A DNA stretch of 64,000 nucleotides. It comes from Caulobacter sp. CCUG 60055. GTDB lineage: Bacteria; Pseudomonadota; Alphaproteobacteria; Caulobacterales; Caulobacteraceae. The notes beneath the pieces were generated by a model, which searched no databases, had not been told where the DNA came from, and saw nothing but the letters and a program-made list of their open reading frames with translations. The DNA is taken from contig NZ_PUIC01000005.1 in assembly GCF_022750545.1 (NCBI RefSeq), positions 440,281 through 504,280 on the forward strand, written 5' to 3'. The position numbers and the translations under genes are program-made. Below, one piece after another: positions 55,141-63,898 of the stretch (its first letter is position 1; each line of letters starts with the position of its first letter).

Positions 55141-57366
55141 GTGCCGGTCATGAGCGCATCCTCCGACGGGGCCGCCCCGATCCAGAGCCGGACGCCGGTG
55201 GCGACCCCGGCGCCGTTGCGAGGCCAGGACGCCCTGGCGCGCCTCGCCGCCCGCTATCTGGCCGTGCGCCAGGCCAGCCTCGACCTGGCCGCGCCGCTGT
55301 CGGCCGAGGACCAGGTGGTCCAGTCCATGCCGGACGCCAGCCCGGTGAAATGGCACCTGGCCCACACCACCTGGTTCTTCGAGACCTTCGTGCTCTCGCC
55401 CCATGCGCCGGCCTGGAAGCCGTTCGACCCCGGCTTCGCCTATCTGTTCAATTCCTATTACGAGGCCGTCGGCCCCCGGCAGCCGCGGCCGGCGCGGGGC
55501 CTGCTCACCCGCCCGCCCCTGGAGCGAGTCCACGCCTATCGCCGACAGGTGGACCGGGCGATGCTCGACCTGTTGGCCGCCCCGCCGAAGACCGGCCGCG
55601 ACGCGATCGTCGATCTGGTCGCCCTGGGGCTGGCCCACGAGGAGCAGCATCAGGAATTGATCCTGATGGACGTGCTGCATCTCTTCGGCCAGTCGCCCCT
55701 GCGCCCGACCTACGACGAGGCCGCGCCCGGGGCCGGCCTCGCGCCCGAGCCGGCCGGCTGGGTCGGCTTCGACGACGGCGAGGCCGAGATCGGCCACGAC
55801 GGCGCCGGCTTCGCCTTCGACAACGAGACGCCGCGTCACCGCACCCTGCTCGCGCCTTTCCGCCTCGCCGACCGCCTGGTCACCAACGGCGAGTGGATGG
55901 CGTTCATGGCCGATGGCGGCTACGAGCGCCCGCAGTTCTGGCTGTCCGACGGCTGGGCCTGCGCCCAGGCCGAGGGCTGGACGGCCCCGCTCTACTGGCG
56001 TCGCGACGGCGAGGCCTGGACGGCGTTGACCCTGGCCGGTCCGGGCCCGGTCGATCCGGACGCCCCGGTCGAGCACGTCAGCTATTACGAGGCCGACGCC
56101 TTCGCGCGCTGGGCCGGCAAGCGGCTGCCGACCGAGGCCGAATGGGAGCGCGCCGCCGCTCATCCGGACCTGCGCCAGATGTCGGGCGACCTCTGGCAAT
56201 GGACGGCCAGCGCCTATGCGCCCTATCCCGGCTTCCGTCCCGACCCGGGCGCGGTCGGCGAGTACAACGGCAAGTTCATGGTCAACCAGATGGTGCTGCG
56301 CGGCGGCTGCTTCGCCTCGCCCCGGGGCCATGTGCGCGCGACCTATCGCAACTTCTTCTATCCGCACCAGCGCTGGATGTTCTCGGGCGTGCGGCTGGCC
56401 GAGGACGCCGCGCCCCCGGCGCGGCGGCGCGGCGGGGCCGGCGCGCGCCTGGACGCCCCCTTCGCCGCCGACGTGCTGAACGGCCTGGCCCAGCCGCAGA
56501 AGACGATCCCTGCCAAGTACTTCTACGACGACGAGGGCTCGCGCCTGTTCGAGGCGATCACCGCCCTGCCGGAATACTACCCCACCCGCCAGGAGACGGC
56601 GCTGCTGGCCGACATCGCCGACGACCTCGCCGCCGCCCTCTCGGACGGCGCGGCGCTGGTCGAGTACGGCAGCGGGGCCAGCACCAAGACCCAGCTGGTG
56701 CTCGACGCCGCCCCGCAGGTGGCGCTGTACGTGCCCATCGACATCAGTCCGGACGCCCTGCGCCAGGCGGCGCAGCGGCTGGCCGACCGCTATCCCGGCC
56801 TGCAGGTGGCGCCCTTGGCCGCCGACTTCACCCGGCCGCTGCACCTGCCGCCCGAGGCCCTCAAGCGACCGCGCACCGGTTTCTTCCCCGGCTCGACCAT
56901 CGGCAATTTCGACCCTGAGGACGCCATCCGCCTGCTGGGCGTGATCCGCGGTCAGCTTGGCGAAGGCGCGCAGTTGATCGTCGGGGTCGACCTGGCCAAG
57001 GACGAGGCGACGCTGACGGCCGCCTATGACGACGCCCAGGGCGTCACGGCCGCCTTCAACAAGAACCTTGTGGTCCGGATCAACCGCGAGCTCGGCGGCG
57101 ACCTCGACCCCGACGCCTTCGACCACCGCGCGGTGTGGAACGCCGCCGCCAGCCGTATGGAGATGCATCTGGTCAGCCGCCGCGACCAGACCCTGCGCGT
57201 CGCCGGCAAGGTTTTCGCCATCGCCAAAGGCGAGACCATCCACACCGAGAACTCGTACAAGTTCACCATCGAGCGCCTGGCCCAGCTGGCCGGGCAGGCC
57301 GGCTGGCGGCTGCTGCGCCACTGGCGCAGTCCCGCCCCGTCGGTGGCGATCGCGCTGCTGGGCTAG
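55141..57366 (+). CDS. egtB-egtD: Fused ergothioneine biosynthesis protein: EgtB-like sulfoxide synthase (DinB_2 + FGE-sulfatase domains) joined to EgtD-like histidine N-alpha-methyltransferase
   Basis: N-terminal part carries the DinB-like WHLAHTTWFFETF motif and the FGE-like GEWMAFMADGGY...RGGCFASP motif. C-terminal part is EgtD-like (YFYDDEGSRLFEAITALPEYYPTRQE; YGSGASTKT). It is one uninterrupted 741-aa frame; start GTG 55141 or ATG 55150. Confidence 0.8.
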   Translation: MPVMSASSDGAAPIQSRTPVATPAPLRGQDALARLAARYLAVRQASLDLAAPLSAEDQVVQSMPDASPVKWHLAHTTWFFETFVLSPHAPAWKPFDPGFAYLFNSYYEAVGPRQPRPARGLLTRPPLERVHAYRRQVDRAMLDLLAAPPKTGRDAIVDLVALGLAHEEQHQELILMDVLHLFGQSPLRPTYDEAAPGAGLAPEPAGWVGFDDGEAEIGHDGAGFAFDNETPRHRTLLAPFRLADRLVTNGEWMAFMADGGYERPQFWLSDGWACAQAEGWTAPLYWRRDGEAWTALTLAGPGPVDPDAPVEHVSYYEADAFARWAGKRLPTEAEWERAAAHPDLRQMSGDLWQWTASAYAPYPGFRPDPGAVGEYNGKFMVNQMVLRGGCFASPRGHVRATYRNFFYPHQRWMFSGVRLAEDAAPPARRRGGAGARLDAPFAADVLNGLAQPQKTIPAKYFYDDEGSRLFEAITALPEYYPTRQETALLADIADDLAAALSDGAALVEYGSGASTKTQLVLDAAPQVALYVPIDISPDALRQAAQRLADRYPGLQVAPLAADFTRPLHLPPEALKRPRTGFFPGSTIGNFDPEDAIRLLGVIRGQLGEGAQLIVGVDLAKDEATLTAAYDDAQGVTAAFNKNLVVRINRELGGDLDPDAFDHRAVWNAAASRMEMHLVSRRDQTLRVAGKVFAIAKGETIHTENSYKFTIERLAQLAGQAGWRLLRHWRSPAPSVAIALLG

Positions 57367-58562
57367 GGCCGTTCGGAGGGGAAAGGCGGCGCAGCGAACT
57401 GGCCACGCCAGCGAGCCAGTTCCTCGATCGCGCCGACGATGTGGTAGAGGCTGGTGGCCGGCGCGGTCCCGGCGACCAAGCTCCCGTCGACCACCATGCG
57501 GTCGCGCCAGAGCCCGGGCCCCGGCGTGTCCAGGTAGGGCCTCAGTCCATCAACGCCGGCGGCGGCTTCCCGTAGGGCGGACTCGGAGTCCCCGACTTCG
57601 GCCATGGCCAGCGCCGCCTTGATCCGCTCGGTCTGCGGCCAGAGGCGGGCGGTCGGCGTCAGGACGTCAAGATTGCTATCGAGCTCATCGATCGCGACGT
57701 TGCGTTCAGGGTCGACGCCGTGTCGCACGCCAATTTCGAACAGGCGGCGGGCTTGGGCTTCCAGGGGCGCGCCCGGCCGGCGTTGCCCCCAACGGCGCAG
57801 CAGCCAGCACCATTCGAACTGATGACCCGGTTCGACGACCCGCCCCGCCTCGCCGCCGGCCGGGGTCCAGTCCGCATTGAAGAACTCGCGCAGGAAACCG
57901 CGGTCGGGGTCGATGAACCGTTCCGCCGCCAGGGTCGCCACCTCGTCGGCCAGCGCCGCCCAGGGCCCGTCCGGCTCGGCCGCCTCCCAGGCCAGGGCCG
58001 CCTCCAGCAGGTGCATGTGCGGATTGGACTGATACGGCCGGTCCCCGCCCTCGCGGAAACCGCCCTGGCTCAGGCGGCGTTCGGCCATGTGTCCGTCCAA
58101 CAGGCGATGCGCGGCGAGGCGAACGTCCTGGCGGCCCGGCTGAACCGCCGCCACATGGGCCATGGCCAGCAGGCTGAAGGCTTGTTCGTAGAACATCGCC
58201 TCGGGGTTTCCACCGTCGTCGGGGCCGATGCTGAAACGGAACGCGCCGTCGGACCGCTGGAAGCGGGCCAGGAAGAAGTCCATCGCCCGCGCCGCCATCT
58301 CGGCCCACGGCCCCTGCCAGCCGAGGCGCCCGGCGGCGCAGAGCACATAGATCTGGCGGGCCTGGACGCGGGCGCGCAGCACGGTGCTCGTCGGACGCCG
58401 CTCCTGATCCAGCGCCTCCGCGAACGCGCCGGTCCGCGCATCGTAGCCTGCGCCGGTCCAAACCGGCATGGCCTGGTCCAACAGCCAGCGATAGAGCCCG
58501 TCAGTACGCGCCGCAAGGGCCTGCGCGGGTTCAACTGTTTGGAGCGTCACGTCGCCTCCCAT
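57363..58562 (-). CDS. N-acylglucosamine 2-epimerase (AGE) family protein
   Basis: AGE/alpha-alpha-toroid family signature; its stop overlaps the egtBD stop (CTAG). Confidence 0.8.
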   Translation of the reverse strand: MGGDVTLQTVEPAQALAARTDGLYRWLLDQAMPVWTGAGYDARTGAFAEALDQERRPTSTVLRARVQARQIYVLCAAGRLGWQGPWAEMAARAMDFFLARFQRSDGAFRFSIGPDDGGNPEAMFYEQAFSLLAMAHVAAVQPGRQDVRLAAHRLLDGHMAERRLSQGGFREGGDRPYQSNPHMHLLEAALAWEAAEPDGPWAALADEVATLAAERFIDPDRGFLREFFNADWTPAGGEAGRVVEPGHQFEWCWLLRRWGQRRPGAPLEAQARRLFEIGVRHGVDPERNVAIDELDSNLDVLTPTARLWPQTERIKAALAMAEVGDSESALREAAAGVDGLRPYLDTPGPGLWRDRMVVDGSLVAGTAPATSLYHIVGAIEELARWRGQFAAPPFPSERP

Positions 58563-58674
58563 GAGTTCCGAAACTATCCGCCCCGAGGGACCCGACGACC
58601 TGCAATAGACGCCGTCCGGGGTATTTCCAAGGGGGCCGCGATCAGGGCCGATCTCGCCCGTTCGGCAGGTGCTC

Positions 58675-59298
58675 CTAAGGGCGCGACGGCGACAGGACCG
58701 CGCCGGCGCCGGCTTCGACCACGTCCAGCGCCTGCCCGGTCAGCGCCAGCAGGTCGGCCTCCCCGCCCCCTTCCAGCCACGCCTCGAGGGCGGCGGTCAG
58801 GGCCTCGACGACCAGCACGCTGACCACCCTGAGCTCGAACGCGTCCGGCGCCAGCCCGCCTCGGCTGGACAGCACCGCCCGCAACGCCTCCGCGCCCCTG
58901 GCCCGGTCCAGGCTGGCGGCGGCGCGCAGGGCCGGCGCGGCCAAGGCCAACCGGCCGCGGGCGACGAGGAAGGCGCGATCCTCGGCCAGCACGGCCTCCA
59001 GCCCGGCCTGCAGCGCCTTGCGGATGGCGACGAACGGCGGCTCGTCGAGCGGCCGCGCGGCCAGGAGGTCGAGGAACAAGGGGTCGTAGTCGTCGGCGAC
59101 CAGATCTTCCTTGGTCGGAAAGTAGTTGAACAGCGTCCCGGGCGAGACGTCGGCGGCGCGGGCGATCTCCTGGGTGGTGGTCTCGTCGTAGCCCTTGCTC
59201 AGGAACAGCGACAGCGCGGCCTGCTGGATGGCCGCGCGGGTCGCCCGCCGCTTGCGCGCGCGAAGGCCTTCGGACGCGGGATCAGGAACATTGCTCAT
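58675..59298 (-). CDS. TetR family transcriptional regulator
   Basis: TetR HTH (ETTTQEIARAADVSPGTLFNYFPTKEDL). ATG 59298 overlaps the upstream monooxygenase by about 17 nt; an alternative start lies at 59334. Confidence 0.75.
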   Translation of the reverse strand: MSNVPDPASEGLRARKRRATRAAIQQAALSLFLSKGYDETTTQEIARAADVSPGTLFNYFPTKEDLVADDYDPLFLDLLAARPLDEPPFVAIRKALQAGLEAVLAEDRAFLVARGRLALAAPALRAAASLDRARGAEALRAVLSSRGGLAPDAFELRVVSVLVVEALTAALEAWLEGGGEADLLALTGQALDVVEAGAGAVLSPSRP

Positions 59299-60472
59299 GG
59301 GATGGCAAACTAGGCCGCCGGCGGCCGGAGGCAAGACGTCCGAGCCGGGCGCCGGCCGCCGCCAGGGGCCACAGGCCGGCGGCGGCGTTGCGCATGGCGA
59401 TGCCGGCCCGGGTCCTGGGCGCCAGGGCGAAGGCCCCTTGCCGCACGCCGCGCTGCCGGGGGCCGGCCAGGGCGCGGTGCTTCTCCTCGTAGCGATGGAA
59501 GGCGCCCCGGTGGTCGTCGGGGCTGGCGGCGAGCTCGCGGGCCAGGGTGAACGCCCCGGCCATGGCCAGGGTCGAGCCGTCGCCGAACAGCGACACGCAG
59601 GACGCGGCGTCGCCGACCAGGGCGACGCGGCCGCGCCGCCAGTTGTCCAGGCTCACCCGGCTGACCGCGTCGAAATACAGATCCGGCGCCGCCTGGACGC
59701 GCCCGATCAGCTCGGGCGTGCGCCAGCCCGCGCCGGCGCAGGCCATGGCCAGCAGCCCTTTGTGCTGCGCCAGGTTGCGATGGTTGAACGGCATGGCCGG
59801 GGCGTGGAAGATGAAGGCGGCGAGGGCCCGGCCCTGGCCGGGATGGACGGTGACCGCCCGGCCGGGCGTGTTGTAGATCGTCACCTCGTCGGCCCGCTCG
59901 ACGCCCTCGTCCAGGGCCAGGGTGGCGATATAGAGCCCCATGTGGCTGACGAAGCCGGCCTCGGGTCCGAAAGCCAGCCGGCGCACCCCCGAATGCAGGC
60001 CGTCGGCGCCGATGACCAGGTCGAAGCGCCGCGACGCGCCCTGCTCGAAGACGACGTCCACGCCGCCCTTGTCCTGGCTCAGCGCCGCGACGGCGTCGTC
60101 GAAGAGGTATTCCGCATGGTCGCGGCCGGCCTCCCTCAGGATGGCGGCGAGATCGCCGCGCGGCAGTTCGACGTCGCCGCCGCCGGCGGCGCGCTGGATC
60201 GCGCCCATATCGACCGTGGCGAGGCGCCGACCGCCGCCGTCGACGAAGCTGAGCCGGGTCACGGCCGTCCCGGCGTCGCGGATGCGCGCCATCACGCCCA
60301 TGCGCTCGGCCACCTCCACGGCCGGCCCCCGCACGTCCACCGGGGCGCCGCTGGAGCGCGGAGCCGCCGACCGCTCGACCACCGTCGGGACGAACCCGGC
60401 CCGCGCGAGCCAGTAGGCCAGGACCGGTCCGGCGACGCCGGCGCCCGAGATCAGCACCGAGCGGCCGGTCAT
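59282..60472 (-). CDS. FAD-dependent monooxygenase (aromatic hydroxylase family)
   Basis: GxGxxG (VLISGAGVAGPVLA) and GDAAS FAD motif. Confidence 0.8.
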   Translation of the reverse strand: MTGRSVLISGAGVAGPVLAYWLARAGFVPTVVERSAAPRSSGAPVDVRGPAVEVAERMGVMARIRDAGTAVTRLSFVDGGGRRLATVDMGAIQRAAGGGDVELPRGDLAAILREAGRDHAEYLFDDAVAALSQDKGGVDVVFEQGASRRFDLVIGADGLHSGVRRLAFGPEAGFVSHMGLYIATLALDEGVERADEVTIYNTPGRAVTVHPGQGRALAAFIFHAPAMPFNHRNLAQHKGLLAMACAGAGWRTPELIGRVQAAPDLYFDAVSRVSLDNWRRGRVALVGDAASCVSLFGDGSTLAMAGAFTLARELAASPDDHRGAFHRYEEKHRALAGPRQRGVRQGAFALAPRTRAGIAMRNAAAGLWPLAAAGARLGRLASGRRRPSLPSHEQCS

Positions 60473-60552
60473 CGGAGCGCTCCCGACCGGAGGGCGAGCA
60501 AGGGCTTTGACATCGGGCGACCTCGAAACAGCGTCGCGATATGTATCGTCAC

Positions 60553-60582
60553 TATAATTTTATAGTCAATATAAATTTATAG
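60553..60582. promoter_or_regulatory. Tandem AT-rich 13-mers TATAATTTTATAG / TATAAATTTATAG upstream of the monooxygenase-TetR operon (candidate TetR operators)
   Basis: Two near-identical copies separated by 4 nt; the second contains the perfect palindrome TATAAATTTATA. They lie in the 140-nt leader of the operon. Confidence 0.45.
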
Positions 60583-60810
60583 CCACATTACCCTAGAGGC
60601 GCGAAGTTTGGGTCGATGGCGTCGTCCAGCGTGACGATCACGGGCGGCGCTTCGACCTCCGGCATGCGATGCGTCCACACCCAGGCGAAAACCCGGCCAG
60701 CGCCGGGTGAACCGGCCGCTCCGAATGGGCGCCGATACGGCGCCCGGACGGCCATCTGTGGGGGTTGGTGTTCAATCCCGCCCCTTTTCCCGCCGATTGA
60801 TCGGCGCCGA

Positions 60811-61092
60811 TCACGAGGGCGCCTGCGCGGCGATCATCGGCTCGGACACGTCGACCCCGACACGTCGGCCGCCGGCGCCCGACGCCCGCTCGACCGCGAG
60901 CGTCACCCCGCCTGTCCCGCAGCCGACATCGAGCACGCGGCGGCCCGAGGCCGCCAGAACCTGCCGGACCAGAAAATCCTGCAGCGGCTCGAACAGCCGG
61001 TCGAGCAACACCTGCATATCGACCCAGGCCCGCCCGGCCGCGCCGTTCCACCGCGCCGCCTGATTCTCGCCGACCCGTTCCGTCTCGGCCAT
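60811..61092 (-). pseudogene. Truncated class I SAM-dependent methyltransferase remnant (motif I only)
   Basis: ATG 61092 with a perfect AGGAGG SD; 94 codons encoding VLDVGCGTGG (motif I) ...VGVDVSEPM, then a stop where 150-200 more residues are expected. No methyltransferase-like continuation in any frame downstream. Confidence 0.5.
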
Positions 61093-61204
61093 GGCCGCCT
61101 CCTGTCGCCCGCCCTGGAGCGTGGCCGACGCCGGCCGAACAGCCCGGCTCGGTTGACCCATTGCTTGAAACACGTCCCAATAGTTCCGTCGAACAGGGAC
61201 GAGC

Positions 61205-61429
61205 ATGATCGAGACGATGATCCAGCTTATTCCAATCACGCTAGTGGGCCTGGTCTATGCGGCCATCGTCTTCGTCGTCGCTCGCAAGCGGCGCATCAAT
61301 CCCTGGGGCTGGACGATAGGCTCCCTCGTTCCGGGGATCGGCCTGATCGTCGCCGGGATTTTCTGGATCCTGACCCTGCTGTCGGTCCTTGACCGGCTGG
61401 ATAAGCTGGAGACCAGCGGGCAGTTCTAG
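61205..61429 (+). CDS. Small two-TM membrane protein, hypothetical
   Basis: 74 aa with two hydrophobic helices (IPITLVGLVYAAIVFVV; GSLVPGIGLIVAGIFWILTLL); lower-GC codon usage. Confidence 0.45.
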   Translation: MIETMIQLIPITLVGLVYAAIVFVVARKRRINPWGWTIGSLVPGIGLIVAGIFWILTLLSVLDRLDKLETSGQF

Positions 61430-61684
61430 GCGGCGCATACCTTGCCGCTCCCAGGGCTCCAGCTTCATTCTCCAAATCGAGTTGACGGTCGATCAGTTCG
61501 CGTGGCGACTCGGTCAATGGAGGCTCCAAGAACGAAGACAGACCCCCGGCCGGTGGGCCGAGGGCTCTGGGATTGGGCCCGCGTGTATCAGCTAGAGATT
61601 GGGCGGCATGACCTCGGCCAGGATGAACCCGAAGAGGCCGATCCCGATGACCGACGATGGCGAGGAAGCAGAGGAGAGACGGCC

Positions 61685-62434
61685 ATGCCGACGATCGCCG
61701 AGAAACGCGCCACCTTCCGCAGGCTGCATGACAGCGGCTTCTTCATCATCCCCAACGCCTGGGACGCGGGCGGCGCCGTCCGCCTGACGAAGCTAGGTTT
61801 CAAGGCCGTCGCATCGACCAGCGCCGGAGCGGCCTGGGCCGCCGGCGAGGACGATGGCGCTCTGAGCCGCGACGCGGTGCTCGCGCATCTCAGGATGCTT
61901 GTCGAGGCCACCCCTCTCCCGATCAACGCCGATTTCGAGAACGGCTTCGCCGATGCCCCCGCCGCAGTCGCCGCGAACGTCGCGCTGGCCATGGAGACGG
62001 GGATCGCGGGTCTTTCGATCGAAGACTGGTCGGGCAGCGAGATGTATGCGCGCAGCCTCGCGGTCGAGCGTATCGCCGCCGCGCGGGCCGCTATCGATGC
62101 GGTCGATCCGACTGTGATGCTGATCGGCCGCAACGAGAATTTCCGCGTGCCCGACATGCCCGTCGCCGAGAGCATCGCCCGCGCGGTCGCCTATGCCGAG
62201 GCCGGCGCGGACTGCCTGTTCGCGCCCTTCATCCTTGACCCTGGCGCCGTCGCCGAATTGGTGGCGGCCGTTGCGCCGAAGCCAGTCAACGTGGTCGTGC
62301 ACGAGTATGACGCGAGAATCCGCGCCTTTGCCGAACTCGGCGTCCGTCGGTGCAGCGTCGGCGGCAGCCTAGCCAAGCGGTCATGGTCGGCGTTCGACGA
62401 AGCGGCCAGGGCGCTCAAGGATTGCGAGGCGTGA
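61685..62434 (+). CDS. Isocitrate lyase/PEP mutase superfamily enzyme (carboxyvinyl-carboxyphosphonate phosphorylmutase/methylisocitrate-lyase-like)
   Basis: ICL/PEPM signature (PNAWDAGGA...). ATG 61685 with a GAGGAGAGA SD; the ORF-track start 61442 is an upstream extension. Confidence 0.8.
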   Translation: MPTIAEKRATFRRLHDSGFFIIPNAWDAGGAVRLTKLGFKAVASTSAGAAWAAGEDDGALSRDAVLAHLRMLVEATPLPINADFENGFADAPAAVAANVALAMETGIAGLSIEDWSGSEMYARSLAVERIAAARAAIDAVDPTVMLIGRNENFRVPDMPVAESIARAVAYAEAGADCLFAPFILDPGAVAELVAAVAPKPVNVVVHEYDARIRAFAELGVRRCSVGGSLAKRSWSAFDEAARALKDCEA

Positions 62435-62612
62435 CGCCGCACTGAAGGGCTTGGCCGTCCCCTTCGACCCGTCCAACTCGCAGCCGCTTCAGGCGCTCGG
62501 ATCTGTCGCGGCGATGTCCGGACCCGTGCGAATTACAACCGCGACGGCCACGCACATGAGCCGGGCCTCGTGATCACTTCGTCATGCCTATACTGAACGC
62601 CAGATAGTATAT

Positions 62613-63488
62613 ATGGTCCGCAGAGCGGATAAGGCGGTCCTTATGAATGAGCAATTCTTGCCGCACGCGCCGGCGCTTGGGGCGGATCGCTTCCCTTTCC
62701 ACGTTGAGGAATATGGTGGTGGGGACGCGATCTGCATACTTCTTCATGGGTTCGGCGAAGGCGGCTACGTATGGCGCGACTTGGCGCCTCGCTTACCGAA
62801 AAAATATCGCTCCATAATTGTAGATTTCAGGGGACACGGAAACTCCCGTGAAGATCCGACGGCGAACTATAGTGTTGAAACCTATTCCGGAGATGTTCGG
62901 AATTTAATTAATTCTGGCAACTATAATAACGTCACTATTATAGGCCATTCTCTTGGCGCGGGGGTGGCGATAAGGGTCGCCGCGGCGGCGCCCCATACTG
63001 TGTCGAACTTGATCCTGGTGGATTGGCCTTTGAGCACGACATGGACCGCTCACGATAATATTTTCTCGCAATTTCACGAGCAATGCGACGGCTACAATTC
63101 GCTTGCCGAGTATGCGGCCTGGATATTGGACAGGCGGCCGCTGACGCATCCCAGAATGCTCCGCCACATTGTCGGCAATGCCTTGCGGGAGACCGCCGGC
63201 GGAAAATTTGCGCTCAAGGCCGATCGGCGAGTTACAGAGATATTCGGCAAAATATCGACGGATACAAATAATCCGCAAGATCTTTTACATAGAATATCAT
63301 GCAGAACATTGCTGGTGAGGGGAAAGGGGTCCGCGATTTTATCTAAGAAGGAAGCATTAAGCATAGTGGAGATGTTGAAAGATGGCCATCTATGCGAAAT
63401 TTCCGGCGCCGGCCATGCCGTGATGGTCGACGATCCCGACCAATTCGCGGATGCCGTTAATCAGTTTCTCCTCGGGTCGCGAACCTAG
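62613..63488 (+). CDS. Alpha/beta-fold hydrolase, low-GC (horizontally acquired)
   Basis: GHSLG nucleophile elbow and an HGFGEGG oxyanion region. About 50% GC with AT-rich codons (AAT, TTA, ATA) in a roughly 70% GC genome. Alternative start ATG 62643. Confidence 0.8.
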   Translation: MVRRADKAVLMNEQFLPHAPALGADRFPFHVEEYGGGDAICILLHGFGEGGYVWRDLAPRLPKKYRSIIVDFRGHGNSREDPTANYSVETYSGDVRNLINSGNYNNVTIIGHSLGAGVAIRVAAAAPHTVSNLILVDWPLSTTWTAHDNIFSQFHEQCDGYNSLAEYAAWILDRRPLTHPRMLRHIVGNALRETAGGKFALKADRRVTEIFGKISTDTNNPQDLLHRISCRTLLVRGKGSAILSKKEALSIVEMLKDGHLCEISGAGHAVMVDDPDQFADAVNQFLLGSRT

Positions 63489-63583
63489 CCCGATATCACG
63501 ACCGGCCAGGAAGTTCCGGCCGCCAGATCCCCCTCATTCCAACGCCAGGCGCCAAATCGAGACGGCTCTCCGATTTCAGGACT

Positions 63584-63898
63584 CTAGAGATACGCCGCGA
63601 TTATTAGACGCTGGATCTCCGAGGTTCCTTCGTAGATGCGCAGCGACCGGATCTGCCTATAGAGACGTTCCGGCACAGCATCCTTCACGATCCCCGCGGC
63701 GCCGAAAATCTGCACCGCATCATCAACAATTCGCTGGGCTTGCTCCGTGGCGAAGAGCTTGGCGATGCTGGAGTGTTTTCCATAGCCACGGATCTGCTGG
63801 TCGATCTCCCACGCCGCCTGAGCGACCAGCAACGCGCTGCCGGTCAACGCCACCTCGCTGTCGGCGAGCTTGGACTTGGTCAGTTGCATGTCCCACAC
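63584..63898 (-). CDS. Acyl-CoA dehydrogenase, C-terminal domain fragment (possibly truncated at ~63900)
   Basis: Ends with the ACAD C-terminal signature (...FGAAGIVKD...RIYEGTSEIQRLIIAAYL). The in-frame sequence upstream of 63898 is GC-rich and not ACAD-like by my manual translation, suggesting a junction or truncation. Confidence 0.55.
   Translation of the reverse strand: MWDMQLTKSKLADSEVALTGSALLVAQAAWEIDQQIRGYGKHSSIAKLFATEQAQRIVDDAVQIFGAAGIVKDAVPERLYRQIRSLRIYEGTSEIQRLIIAAYL

Noticed and set aside
55014-56918. 634-aa ORF starting with a TM-like segment (WTLIFLAAAVIIVAAVVAKAV)
   Set aside because: Overlaps egtBD out of frame for 1.8 kb with low-complexity Arg/Pro/Gly content. The hydrophobic start is probably chance and lacks an SD.
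60756-60792. tRNA T-arm-like sequence GGTGTTCAATCCCGCC near the methyltransferase remnant (possible att-site remnant)
   Set aside because: Only a 4-bp stem with a wobble pair, no acceptor stem or CCA context, and not adjacent to the low-GC islet. Most likely coincidental.
61442-61684. N-terminal 81-codon extension of the PEP-mutase-family ORF
   Set aside because: Enzyme homology begins at ATG 61685, which has a GAGGAGAGA SD. The extension is low-complexity and overlaps the promoter region.
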